Part shown: positions 33,037 to 44,347 of the stretch, in pieces
How the letters are laid out: the number at the start of each line of letters is the position of its first letter
Position numbering within the stretch: the stretch's first letter is position 1
Assembly (NCBI GenBank): GCA_013416795.1
Contig: RQSC01001045.1
Span: 1 to 64,000 of the forward strand
Direction: 5' to 3'
Length of the DNA stretch: 64,000 bases
DNA from: Prasinococcaceae sp. CCMP 1430
Taxonomy: Eukaryota; Plantae; Prasinodermophyta
Made by a program: the position numbers and the translations under genes
Notes under the pieces: model-generated
Told to the model about the DNA's origin: nothing
The model's database searches: none
The model's input: only the letters and a program-made list of their open reading frames with translations

Positions 33037-35838
33037 TCACCGCAGCCGCGCACGGCGTCGCGCAGCGCCAAAGCGGAGCCGCCTGGCGGGCTGCACGTCG
33101 GGGGACCAGTGCACCCTCTCGCGCCTGCCCCGCCCGCCGTTCGCGCGCCCTCCTCCCCTGGGGTCCTCGCCGCCACCGCCGCCTCCACCGTCGCCTCCTC
33201 GGCCGCCCTCCTCCACGGTGAAGCTCACGTCGGCCACCGAGTCCGCGCTGGGCGGCGCGGGCCCCCTCGACTGCCCCCTGATTGCCATCGCCGTGACAAT
33301 GTCCTTGCGCGTGATCATGCCCACCGCCCTGTTGTTGGCGTCGACCACCACCAGGTGGCGCAGGCCGAGCGTGCGAAAGATGATGTGCGCGCGCGCTGCG
33401 CTCATGTCCGCGCGGATGGTGAGCGGCGCGCGATTCATGTAGGGCGTCAGGTCGAGCAACAGCTCGCGGCCGTCCGGACGCGCGCCGCCGCGGTCGTGGC
33501 CGCCCGCGCCGTGCACCCAGCCGAGCTCCAGCTGGTCCACCGCCTCGGGCGCGCTGACCATGTGGCGTCGGTGCGTGTACCAACGATGGTGGAACGCGCG
33601 CATCGAGTATTCGAGCGCCACGGCGGCATCGTCGGGCTCGTACCGGCGCGAGTGGGCCGCCATCAGGTCGCCGTACGACGCCCCGCCGCGATCGCCGCGA
33701 GCATAGAGCAGCGCGGGCGCGGCGGGCAACGCCTCCTCGGTGCCGCGCGTGCCCCCCCGGAACGCGCGCTGCTGCAGCAGGACCATGAGCTGCTTGCGCA
33801 GGATGACGCCCACCACCTGGCGCGAGTTGCCGTCGGCGCCGAACACCGGGAAGCCGTTGTGCCGCGTCTCGCGCAGGACGTGCAGGATGCGGCTCGCGCG
33901 CTCCATCTCGCAGAAGCCCACGACGGGCGATGCCATCAGGTTGGAGGCGGTGAGCGAGTTGAACTCCTTGGGAGGCTCGGTGGGCAGGAAGACGACCGAC
34001 CGGTCCTGCTCCAGGTCCGCCTCATAGCGCCCGTCGACGTGCACGAGCGACGCGCACCAGTTGCCCACCACGATGCCGATGATGATGGCGAACAGAAAGT
34101 CGATCGCGCCGGTGCCCTCGGCCATGATCACGATCAGGCTGATGCACGAGCGAAAGACGCCGCCGAGCATCGCGGCGGAGCCCACCAGCGCGTACAGGCC
34201 CGGCTGGAGGTTGAGCGCGGGAAACACGTGGCGCGCGATGACGCCGAAGAACGCCCCCGCCGCCGCCCCGGCGATGATCGAAGGCATGAAGAGGCCGCCA
34301 GGCACCGCCACGCCGAAGGCCAGCGCCATGAGCGTCACGTAGGCCGCTGCGAAGATGCCGAGGCTGACGAGCGTGAAGTTGGTCGTCGCGCTGCCGCCCG
34401 ACGCGTGCGAGGTGTCGGCGCTCATCGCCAGCACGTGCTGGATGGTGGCATCGTGCGGCGAGAAGAACATCGTCGCGAGATCGTTGTACACCAGCGGCGC
34501 GTCCGGCCCATCGCGCTGCGCGCACGTGTACGCGTAGCCGTAGTTGTCGTGCTTCCATGCGGTGCTCTGCTCGAGGCACGTGCCGAAAAATTGCGGCAGC
34601 GCAAACATGAGCGCCACCGATAGCAGCGTGAGAATGAGTGCCTCGAGCAGGCGCAGGCGCGTCGATCCCGCGGGCGCGCGTACCACGCGCAGCGCGTGCT
34701 GCGACTTGTTGAAGAGCGCGCCGAGCAGGCCTGTGATGCCCGCCACCACGGCGAACATGGGCATCTCGTAGATCTGATACTCGTGCCTGAGCCCCCTGAA
34801 ACTGAGCAGGCCGGGCGTGGAGAGCTCCGAGATGTTCGCGTGCAACACCGCGAGCGTGAAAGTGGAGAAGGCCGCGCAAATGAGGCAGCGCCAGGTGACC
34901 TTGCGCGACCAAAAAGAGGCGGCCTCCTCGAGGGCGAAGAGCACGCCGCCCACGGGCGCGCCGAAGGCCGCCGCGAGCCCCGCGGCGGCACCCGCCGAGA
35001 CGAACTCGCGCGCGTCCGTGTCGCTGCTCAGGTCGAACGGGATGGCTGACTTGATGCGCCGCAGCGCGCGGCCGAGAGGCCCGCCGTCGCCCTTGAGGCC
35101 ACCGATGCCGCCCACCTCCATGAGCCCCCCCCCGGAACGCCGAGCGGCCGCGCCCTCCGCCTTGCGCGCCGCGGCGCCGCCGAGCGTCGTAAATTGGTGG
35201 GCGACGGCCGCGCCGATGTGCACGAGCGGCGCCTCGGGGCCGACCGCGAGGCCGCTCGTGATCGCAGCGACCGTGCCGACGACCTTGGTGATCAGGGTGC
35301 GCATGCGCAGCAGGTCTGGTACGTGCGAGCCGTTGAGAAAGGCGATCACGTGGGTCACGCCTCCGCCGCTCGCCGCGGGAGCCCACAGCAGCACCATCAG
35401 CGCCGCGGCGAGGATGCCAGCGATGCTCACTCCCGCGTATGCGCCGAACGCGGCCGCGAGCGAGCCTCCTTCCCGGTGGTACATGGACGTCAGAAGACTC
35501 GCCTTGGCGAGCGTGACGCGCGTCGAGGCGGCCTCGATGCTCCACGCGAGCACGCCCACCACGATGCCCGACACGACGGTCGCCACCCACTTGGCGAGCG
35601 TCTCGCCCGTGTAGCCGTACACATGCCTCTTCTGCCCACCCGCGCGCCGTTTGAGCGCGGCGGCGACCGCACTGTGCACTGGCTCATAGTCGAGGCTCTC
35701 GGCGCGCAGCGTGGACTCGTCGAAGGCGGGCGTGAGCGGGTCCGCGGCCTCAAGCACGCGCACAAACGTCGTCGTCTCGTAGTCGTCGGCAGTGCTGGCG
35801 AGCAACGGCGTGCGCGCGCCCCCGCGCATTGCCGCCAT
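33037..35838 (-). CDS. CLC: CLC chloride channel/antiporter (CLC-6/7/plant a-d-like) with CBS domains
   Basis: ESLDYE, AAGAAAGLAAAFGAPVGGVLFALEE, PGGLFMP, YALVGSAAMLGG, HNGFPV, DLTPYMN, FRTLGLRHLVVVD. Confidence 0.95.
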   Translation of the reverse strand: MAAMRGGARTPLLASTADDYETTTFVRVLEAADPLTPAFDESTLRAESLDYEPVHSAVAAALKRRAGGQKRHVYGYTGETLAKWVATVVSGIVVGVLAWSIEAASTRVTLAKASLLTSMYHREGGSLAAAFGAYAGVSIAGILAAALMVLLWAPAASGGGVTHVIAFLNGSHVPDLLRMRTLITKVVGTVAAITSGLAVGPEAPLVHIGAAVAHQFTTLGGAAARKAEGAAARRSGGGLMEVGGIGGLKGDGGPLGRALRRIKSAIPFDLSSDTDAREFVSAGAAAGLAAAFGAPVGGVLFALEEAASFWSRKVTWRCLICAAFSTFTLAVLHANISELSTPGLLSFRGLRHEYQIYEMPMFAVVAGITGLLGALFNKSQHALRVVRAPAGSTRLRLLEALILTLLSVALMFALPQFFGTCLEQSTAWKHDNYGYAYTCAQRDGPDAPLVYNDLATMFFSPHDATIQHVLAMSADTSHASGGSATTNFTLVSLGIFAAAYVTLMALAFGVAVPGGLFMPSIIAGAAAGAFFGVIARHVFPALNLQPGLYALVGSAAMLGGVFRSCISLIVIMAEGTGAIDFLFAIIIGIVVGNWCASLVHVDGRYEADLEQDRSVVFLPTEPPKEFNSLTASNLMASPVVGFCEMERASRILHVLRETRHNGFPVFGADGNSRQVVGVILRKQLMVLLQQRAFRGGTRGTEEALPAAPALLYARGDRGGASYGDLMAAHSRRYEPDDAAVALEYSMRAFHHRWYTHRRHMVSAPEAVDQLELGWVHGAGGHDRGGARPDGRELLLDLTPYMNRAPLTIRADMSAARAHIIFRTLGLRHLVVVDANNRAVGMITRKDIVTAMAIRGQSRGPAPPSADSVADVSFTVEEGGRGGDGGGGGGGEDPRGGGRANGGRGRRERVHWSPDVQPARRLRFGAARRRARLR

Positions 35839-36385
35839 TTCCACGGCGCGCGCCGCTGCGCCGAGCGGCGTCACCGGGCTCGCCGTCGTGCGCACACGGG
35901 CGTCCCGGCGCTACGCGACCCGGGACAGGAGGGGCGGAGTGTGGGACTGTGTGTGACTGTGTGTGACTGCGTGTGCGCGTTCGTGCGTGTGCGTGTGCGC
36001 GCGGAGCGGCAACCTGCGCGCGCTCGTGGCGCGGCGGCGCGGCACGCACGCGGCGCGCGCGCGCGCACGCCGGCGTGCACGTCGAGTCTCTCGCTGCAGC
36101 CGCGCTCAGGGCAGGCGGAGGCCCCTAGCTCCTCCTCCCCCTCTCTCCTACCCCTCACCCTCCCCGCCACGCGAACGCGGTGTGGGACGCAGCGCCGGCG
36201 CTGGCAGCGCCACGCGCGCGCGCGCACACACGTAAACCTCGGAATTTCGGATGGAATTCTGCATGTTTTGCACTCCAAAAGAAACCCAGCATAAGAATCT
36301 GCAGATTATTCAAGATGCGCATATTCATATTAGCTGCGAGCGAGCGCGAGTGTGAGTGCAGGCGCTGGTGATGGTGTGTGCTGCC

Positions 36386-37520
36386 TTACGCCGCCTTGGC
36401 CTTCTTGGTGGCACCCTCGGCGGTAGCATGGTAGACCTGCGCACGGAGACGGGCGCGCGAATGTGTGAGCTCGCGGGTCAACGCGCGCCTGCGCGCACGC
36501 ACGCAGTACGCGCACGCACACATGCACACGCACGCACGCACGCGTACGCGTACGCGCACGCGCACGTGCGCGGCGGTCGGGGCCCCTCACCTCGACGAGC
36601 TTGTCGATTGCGCACTTTTGCCGCAGGACGAGCAGCGCGGGCGTCACGGGGACGAACCAGCATCGCACCCACATGGGCGACTCCGCGGCGAGCGTCAGGC
36701 CAGTGAGGCCGCCGTCGGACCCTGTCGCCATGGCGTATGTGAGCCAGGCTGCCACCACGTGGGAGAAGCTCACCACCGCCAGGCTCGTGAGCGCCAGCGC
36801 GCGCTGCACGGCCGCGGAGCAACCCTTCGCCTCAGCCATGAGGATGACGTTGACGGACATCGAGCCAAACTCGAGCGCCGCGGTACCCAAAGTGAAGCAG
36901 CGCGCAGCGACGGGCATGTACAGCGACATGGTCGCGGTCATGCCGCACACGAAGTGGTGTGTGAGCAGCATCGGGTCCGGCATCTCGAACATGTCCTTGA
37001 AGAGGTAGCCAAAGAGCACCACAGCGAAGGCACAGTCCCACCAGCTGCTCTGCGAGTCATCCCACCCGGCGCCCAGCCACGACAGGACGTCCCCCCCCGA
37101 TGCGGCCCACGAGCGCCAGCTCATCCAGACCAATGGCGGGAAGACGCAGTTCTGGAAGAACACGCCCACCATGGAGCTCCAGCGCGGATTGCCATACGCG
37201 TCCTTGGCGGCCGCCGGCCGCGCGCGCGGGGGGGGGGGAGTGGTGGTGGGAAGTGGAGGGGGGGGTTGAGGGCGGCGGCGGGTCAGATGTGCCGCATTGC
37301 GCGCCCAGACCACGGCTCGCACGCTCGCACGCGCGATCGCAAGGGCGCACGCGCTCGCCCGCCGCACCTTGGGTTCCACTGGCAGCACGACTTTGCACAC
37401 GGCGTTGAGCACGAGCCCCGCAGCCCATGACGCGCCAAAGTACGCGAGCAAGGCGCCGCAGGTCGGCACCAGCGCGCCCGCTGCGCCCGCCGCGCCCGCC
37501 GCCGTCGGCGCGTACTGTAC
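36386..37520 (-). CDS. TLC (TRAM/LAG1/CLN8)-like membrane protein; introns 37203-37367 and 36437-36590; start unclear
   Basis: GYLFKDM..LLTHHFVC, ALEFGSMSVNV; last exon VYHATAEGATKKAKAA* (Lys-rich C-terminus). Confidence 0.6.
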
Positions 37521-38360
37521 ACTGTAGTATCGCCTCAGACGTCCACGCCGCGCTCGCGCACGCGCGAGCACGCGACCGCGAGTGCCCCGCGGGCGAGGGG
37601 TAGGAAAGGCGCGCAAGTGTGTGCGTGTGCGTGCTTGCGTGCGTGTGCGCGTGCGTAGCGGCGCGGCGAGGTGGGATAGGGCCGCCCCGCGCGCGCGCTG
37701 TGGTGCGTCCCCGGCCCGGCGCCGCTTCCGGCGACGCCCCGCTCGCGATCGGCCCGCGTCCGTCGCCCCGCGGATCAAATCCCTGTATCTCTGCCCGGAC
37801 GCCCAGGCGCGTCGCGCGCGCTATCGCTCGCACCGGGATCGAAACATGGGTTAGGGGGCGGTGGCTGGTGTTCTTCAATTTTTTGTGATACTAGAAGATT
37901 GTCGCGCTCGGCTGGTGCCTCGTGGGAGCGCCTTGCTAGGAGCGCTGCCGTGCACAACGCGGCGGTCGTCGCAAATATGCCACGGCGCGCACCACGAGGA
38001 GCCTTCCGCGATCCACGGAATGCCTTCCGTCGTTTTCGAAAGCCGCTCAGATTCGATCGCGCCTTCCTTTTCGCGGAATTGTGCTGCGCGAATCGCGCCC
38101 GAAATCACGCGGTCGCCGCGCGCGCGCGCGCGACCTGGTTCCTCGCCCGACGACCCCGGTGGTCCAATCGAATGACCCCGTACTCATCCGGGTGGTGCCC
38201 CAGCCACCACAGCTAGTACCAGGACAGCGCCAACCTGCGTGCAGATCTCATGGCGTGGGCACGGTAGGCGCACAGGTTCGCGCTGCACTGGTCTCAGATT
38301 CAAACCCTATGACATCATACCCTAATTGGGGCAAAACCTAAACGCCGCCGCGCACGCGGC

Positions 38361-38368
38361 GCGCGAAA
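38361..38368 (-). promoter_or_regulatory. E2F-like site upstream of GINS1
   Basis: GCGCGAAA is TTTCGCGC on the minus strand, 233 nt before a replication gene. A telobox-like AAACCCTA lies at 38302-38309. Confidence 0.5.
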
Positions 38369-38600
38369 AAGAAATTCGAAGGCGCCGCATTCGCGGGCGC
38401 GGGCGCGGGCGGGCGCCACACCACCGCGCGCGGCGCGGCCTCCCCCTTCCCTTCTCTCCCTCGACCCTCCTTCCGCCCCCCCCCCTTTGCCCTTCGCGCT
38501 CGGGTGGTGGCGAGCGGGTCGGGTGGGTGAGCCGCGCGCGCCCTCGCCCCTCGCCCGCGGGAGGGCGCGCGCGCGCTAGGCGCGCCGGCGGGGCGCGGCG

Positions 38601-39335
38601 ATGGCGTCGCCGATGTTCGGCCGCAGCGGCGCCGCGCTGTGCGCCGAGGTGGTGCAGCACGCGGACGACCCGGGGCTGCCGCCGTTCAACGCCGAGCTGG
38701 TGCGGAGAGTGCACGCCGAGTGCCAGGAGCACGCCGCGCACATGCTTGGCACGTACGACTCGGTCATCCAGGAGCACGGGGACTGGGACGCGGCCAAGGC
38801 GGCCGACGCGGAGGGCGCCGCGGCCAAGGAGGCCGCGATCTTCGTGCACCAGAGCAGCATCCTGCGCAACAAGGTGCGCACGCTGAGGCCCGCTGCGCGC
38901 GCGAGCGGACCGAGCGAGGCCTGCGCGAGCGCGCCGGCGCTGACGCGCGCCCCACGCGCACCTGCCACCCCGCAGCGGTGCCTGCTGGCGTACCAGCACG
39001 CGCGCACGAAGCGCCTGCTGGATTTACGGCACCAGCTGGGCCCCGCGCTGCCGCCCGATGTGACGCAGTCGCTGTCGCGCGCGGAGAGGGAGTTCGTGGC
39101 GGCACACAGCAAGCACCTGCGCGAGTATTTCCGCGCGACGGGCATCGACCTCTCCACGCATCACACGCCGCCGAACGAGAGCTTCGTGGACGTGCTCTGC
39201 CTGCAGGAGGGCGGAGAGGTCTACACCGTCGAAGGGGTCAAACAGCTGGAGAAGGGGACCTATCACCGGTTGACCAGGAGCGTGGCGGAGCCGCTCATCG
39301 CACAGGGCGTGCTCCAAGAGAACGACGTGTGCTAA
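38601..39335 (+). CDS. GINS1: GINS subunit Psf1; intron 38874-38975
   Basis: LPPFNAELVR..SILRNK|RCLLAY..LSRAEREF..PPNESFVDV..AEPLIAQGVL. Confidence 0.92.
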   Translation: MASPMFGRSGAALCAEVVQHADDPGLPPFNAELVRRVHAECQEHAAHMLGTYDSVIQEHGDWDAAKAADAEGAAAKEAAIFVHQSSILRNKVRTLRPAARASGPSEACASAPALTRAPRAPATPQRCLLAYQHARTKRLLDLRHQLGPALPPDVTQSLSRAEREFVAAHSKHLREYFRATGIDLSTHHTPPNESFVDVLCLQEGGEVYTVEGVKQLEKGTYHRLTRSVAEPLIAQGVLQENDVC

Positions 39336-39477
39336 TGCCATGCGCGGCGCCGAGGGACCCGCGCTTGCCCTATTAATGCAGCTGATCTTGCTGGCAGGCG
39401 CCTGGCACGCCGCCCGCACGTGGGCGTTATTATGTGTGTGTGTGAGCGCGGCCCAGCGCCTGCGACGACTGCATGGA

Positions 39478-41920
39478 CTACTCCCCTTGGCCTGTCGCGG
39501 CTGCCCCCTCCGCAGCCGAGGCGACGCCCGTCGCAGCGGCGGTCTCGATGGCCACCGCGCGCATCTTGAGCACGGCGGCAGCCGCTCGCGCGTCGGCACC
39601 ATCACCATCGGCAAGCATCGCCTTCACCTGGGCGGCCGGCGCGCTGGCGCCCTTGAGCAGCGTGCGCATCGCCGCGGGAACGTCCACACCAAGCGCGGAG
39701 ACGACGTTGGCAAGGTACTCCATGTCCGCGGCGAGCTGAGCCGCGCCGGAGTCATCGAGCGCCTCGATAGCCAGCGCGGCAGATGTCGCCAACGACGCAG
39801 CACCGCCTGCGACGCGCACCACCCATTCAGACGCGAGGCGCGTGTCGTCGGCGGCGCCACCCGAGTCCACGGCATCGCCGCCGACGTTCGGTGCACCGGG
39901 CGACGACGGCCCGATGCCCAACAGGGGCTCGAATTGCTGCGGCAGCGTGAGCAAATATTCGCCCACCGCAGTTGCGCACGCCTGCGGATACGCGCTGAAC
40001 GTGGGCAGGTCGAAGCTGTTGCCCGCGGCGCCCGCCTCGCCGGACATGTGCGTGGCCTCCCACACGGAGAGCTTCGCGTAGCCGTCAAGATGGCGGTGCA
40101 CGCGCGATGCCAGGACGTCGTACACGAGCGCGTCGGCAGCCTTCTCGAAGGCCGCCGCGCGCGCTGCCACCATCGGGAGCACAGGCGCCTGCGCCGCCTG
40201 GGCAGCGTCGCCGGCGCCGTCGTCGTTCAACACGCCTGCCAGCATTGTCTGGAGCTCCGCGCGGCGGCTCTCGTCGCGCCCTGGCGAGTGTATGCGAAGG
40301 CGCGCGAGCACTGCGGAGACCTCGGCGCCAGCGTATGGATGCTCGCTGCCCTCACTTGCAGCAACGGTCGGCAGCTCCGCATGCGCCGCATCTGCGGCGG
40401 CCAGTGCGCTGCCGCCGCGGCGCAGCTGCGCGGCGGCGGCGGCGTCCATTGCCGCCAGGCGAGAGGCAATGGCCGAGCTGGCGGAGAGCAGCGCCAGCGC
40501 GCCCTGGACCAGGGCCTCGAACGCGGCCTCATCTGCCGCTGCTGGCTGCATCGCCGCCTTGCTCTTCCCTGCTTGCTGCGCCTGCTGCACGCCGTAAGGC
40601 GCGCAGGCCGTGCGCAGCGACGCCAGCTGGTCCATCATGCCAGCCACGAATGCCGCGCCCACACGGTCGGCGACCTTGACGCTCTCGTCCGCCTCGGACA
40701 GCCCCGTTGCAACGACGCAGCGTCGAATGCTCCGCTCAAGGGCGGCGGCCATTTCGCCCACGCTGGCCTCCAGCGCAGCGACGGCCTCTCCGAAGCCGCT
40801 CGATGACACGCCCGACGCGAGTGCGCCAGCAACGGCGCCAGACGCGCCACTGTTGGCGCGGCGCAGCTCCGCCTGCAGCTGCTCGCTCTCGGCAGGCGCG
40901 TAGCCCTCCAGCGAAAGCAAGTACGGGGAGTCTACAGCGCACAGTGCCCTGTCGACCGCCTCGGGGGCGCAACCCTTCAGGCGCGGCAGAAGCGCCTCGG
41001 CAAACTGGTGGGTGCGCGCACGCAGCGACACCAGCTCATCCACGGCGGGCTTGTTCGCTGCCAGTGCGGCTTCGGCGGCCTTGGAAATACGCGTCGCGAA
41101 TTGCGCCGAGACGGCCTCCATGCCCTCGCAGACGATGCGGGGCACGAGCGCCGCGCGCTGGCCAGGCAGCGCCGCCTCCACCCACATGGCGTCCTCGTCG
41201 ATGGCTGCGAGCAGTGCCTCGTAGAACGCGGGAAGCCAGTCGCAGAAGCTCTGCGAGTCTGCGGCGCCGAACGACGCCCACACCTCAAGCGCGGGCGCGA
41301 GCCGCGCCTTCACGTAGAGCCGCTCGGCCACATCGCCGCGGCCGATGCTCTCGAGCACGCCACGCGCGGCCTTGGTCGCCTCAGCGTCGCGCGCGGCGAT
41401 CGCGTCGCTTAGCTGCGGCGACACAATTGCCTCGAGGCGGTCCTCGTGCTGCGCCAGGCGTTGGCGCGCGTCGGCGAACTGCGGCACGTCCACCACCGCA
41501 CCTATGGCGCGGCGCATCTGGGAGAGTGCCGCGGCCGCGGCCGGCGCGTCCCCGCTCGCGAGCACTGGGTCGATGGTCACCAGTAGCTCGGAGAGTCCCG
41601 CAGCCTCTGCGAGCGTGCCACGCGCGTCCTCCATGCGCTCGCGGATAGCGCCGACGGCTGCGAGGCGGGACACGCACGCGGCGGACTTCTCCACACTCTC
41701 GCCCAACCTCTCCGACAGCGCGCTCGCCTTGGCCCGCAGCGACACGCTCTCGTCGCGCAACCTCCCGCTCTCGCGCGCGGCGCGCGGCACGCGCGCGAGC
41801 GCCGCGGCCGAGTCGTCCTCGAGCGCTGCAGACGCATCCTCTGCCATGAGCTGCAGCTTCATCTCGAGCTCGGAGAGGTATTTGTCCACGGCCTCCTCCG
41901 GAGGGCAGCTCGCGCAAGCC
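39478..41920 (-). CDS. COG7: Conserved oligomeric Golgi complex subunit 7; first exon lost near the N at 41999
   Basis: LSELEMKLQLMAED..ALARVPRA, RERMEDARGTLAEAAGLS, FSAYPQ..VGEYLLTLPQQFEP, QLAADMEYLANVVSALG. Confidence 0.88.
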
Positions 41921-42139
41921 TGGAGCGCGCAGCGCAGCTCGGCGCGTCAGCGCCAGCGCCAGCGCCAGCGCGTGCGGCCGCGCGCGCGCGCTGATCGCNA
42001 TGCACGCTGTGCCCGCTGTGGCCACCGTGCCATCCATGCCCGTGCTGTGGCCCAGGTGCACCGCCCATTGATCCTCCGTAGCCCCCACTGTGCGTGGCGT
42101 GGGCGGGCGGAGGTGGCGGCCCTGGCAAGGGCGCCTGCG

Positions 42140-42562
42140 ATGGCAGCGGCGGCGGCGACGCCGCACGAGGGGGTGGCGGCGGCGGTGCCTGTGTTAGCGA
42201 GGGCGCGGTCGATGCTCACATTCGCGGCACGGGCCGCTGCGTCGTCCCCTTGCTCGCCTGGCGTGGCCTCGGCGGCGGGTGCGCTCCCTGCAGCTGCGCC
42301 CGCGCGCTTCATGTCGGCGGGAGGACACTTCAAGCGCAGGACGGCGAGCAGCAAGTACAAGATGCGTCACCCGACGGTCTTCAAGCGGCGCTTCAAGATG
42401 CTCGGCGGCGCTGGCGGCAAAGTGAAGCGCATGCGCGAGGGCAACCGCCACCGCGCCTTCCACAAGGGCAACACCCAGAAGAACCACCTCGCGCGGCCCG
42501 CGATGGCTGCCGCAGGCGTCGCCAGGTTGCTCAAGAAGTTCGGCTTCGCGAGCGGATTCTAG
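42140..42562 (+). CDS. Organellar ribosomal protein bL35 with targeting peptide (probably mitochondrial)
   Basis: KYKMRH..KRRFKML..GKVKRMREGNRH..KNHL after an Ala/Arg/Ser presequence. Confidence 0.75.
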   Translation: MAAAAATPHEGVAAAVPVLARARSMLTFAARAAASSPCSPGVASAAGALPAAAPARFMSAGGHFKRRTASSKYKMRHPTVFKRRFKMLGGAGGKVKRMREGNRHRAFHKGNTQKNHLARPAMAAAGVARLLKKFGFASGF

Positions 42563-42724
42563 CTACAGCCAAGCGCCTGGCTGGCGCATGTGGCCACGTC
42601 CAGTGCCCGTGGCACGCCGCGAGGCGCCGCGAGCCGCTCGCGGGCGACGGTGAAAATACCTCCATTCAATTTTGTCGACACAAACGTATATACAACTCGG
42701 GAAACGCGGCGCGTGCCCGCGGGC

Positions 42725-43941
42725 TCAGCTTGCGAACCCCTTGAGGTAGTTGATGGCGTCGAAGGCCACGGCATCGACCGCAGCCTCGTCGCCGAACGCG
42801 AAGCCGCTGCCAGCGCCGTCCCCGCCGAGGCCCGCCGCATCGGCGGCCTGCGCCGCAGCCGCGCCCAGATCCGCCGGCGTCACGCGCACGCACACCGGCG
42901 AGAGGTGCCCCAGCCCTGGAAGGATGGTGCTGCTCACCGATGCGCCCAACTGCGGATCGCCCGTGCCCTCACTGGCGTCGCCTTCGCTGCTTGTCCCCTT
43001 GAGCGCTGCCAGCAGACCCATGGACATGTCCAGGGTGTCTGCACCGAGGGTGCACACTCGCACGTCTGCGCGCGGGTCCTCGCCCAGGACGCCCGCGCGC
43101 CGGAGTGTGGCCTCTTCGTTCGGCGCGAACTCGACGCCCGCGGCGGCAGCTGCACGCCGCGCGACGCCTGCAAGAACGGGCACGGCCGCGCCGGCGGGAG
43201 TGCCTCGCAGCAGCGCCTCGCAGAGCTGCTCCAGGAGTCCAATTTGCGCCTGCGCGGTCGCGGACGTAAATGCACACAGGTAGACGCGCCCGCCTGGCCC
43301 GCCGCTCTCGTCGCTGCTGCTCCTGTCCGCCGCCGCAAGCAACGCCAGCTTGGCCCCCAGAGAGTGACCCACCACGTGCCTCGGCAGATTGGCGGCATCT
43401 ACGCCGAAGGCGCCGCCACACGCACCGCACGCATCCGCAAACGTGCGCGCGCACTCGCGGGCGGCCGCGCCGTGGTCCAGTGCCGCCTCGTACGGCGTGG
43501 CCACCACCACGAAGCCACCAGCGTCGGCGAGGGCGCGCGCGAGGCGATCGTAGCACACGTGTGGGTAGCCACCGACGAGCGCGCCGCCGAGCAGGTGCAC
43601 GATGCCAGCCGGTGTGCCGGGCGGGAGCAGCACCTGCGCGCGATGCCGGCGCGGCGGCGGCGTGTTAGGCGGGGTCATCCGCGCTCGCGCGCGCAGCTTC
43701 GGCGCCCTCGACGGGGCGCGGCGTACCTTTGCTCCTGCGACATCGCGCCACGGCTCGCGCCCCCCCGCACGCTCGCCGCTGCGCTCCGCCACGAGCTCCG
43801 CCTGCACGAGCCGCGAGCGCAGCTCGATGGCGAGCGGGTTGTCGCCGCCCCGATCCTCGCCGCCGCCCGGGGCGACGCGCGCGCGCCTCGCGCGCCTCGG
43901 GGCCCGCCAACCGCACGCGCCGCCGCCGCCGTCGACGCCAT
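42725..43941 (-). CDS. DUF1350 alpha/beta-hydrolase-like plastid protein; intron 43634-43726; apparent frameshift in a (GC)n run near 43880
   Basis: IVHLLGGALVGGYPHVCYDRL..VVATPY..LDH, VGHSLGAKL, EFAPNEEAT, LPGLGHLSP. Confidence 0.8.
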
Positions 43942-44347
43942 CGCAGCCCCCTTCCTCCCCTCACCCTCGGCTCCCCGGCAGCGCGTGCGCCATGTGGCGC
44001 GCCGAAGCTGGCGGGCGCCACTCTAGATAAGAAGCTTCCGAGCAAAAACGCCATCAAAACGAACGCGCGCGGGAAAACGCATTGAAATCGCCATCACAGC
44101 GGGGCGCGCCACACCGCGCGCGCGCTACGCACGCATCCGCCCTCTCTCTCCCCCTTCCCCCTCCCCCCTCCGCGCGCGCGCGAGCGGGCGGGCGGCGTGT
44201 CGCGGCGGTCGCGCCGTGCGATGAGCAAGCGCGCACCGAGCGGCGGTCGGACGCGGCGGACGCCGTGGTGGTGGGTGCTCGCGGCCGCGGGCGTGCTCGT
44301 GGTGGCCGCGCTCGACTCGCGGCCGCCGACCGACGACTGCGTGCGCC

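Noticed and set aside
2728-41999. Apparent fusions at single-N positions (2728 EML-PCIF1, 13642, 21956, 33025, 41999)
   Set aside because: Single Ns mark scaffold joints with lost sequence, not biological fusions.
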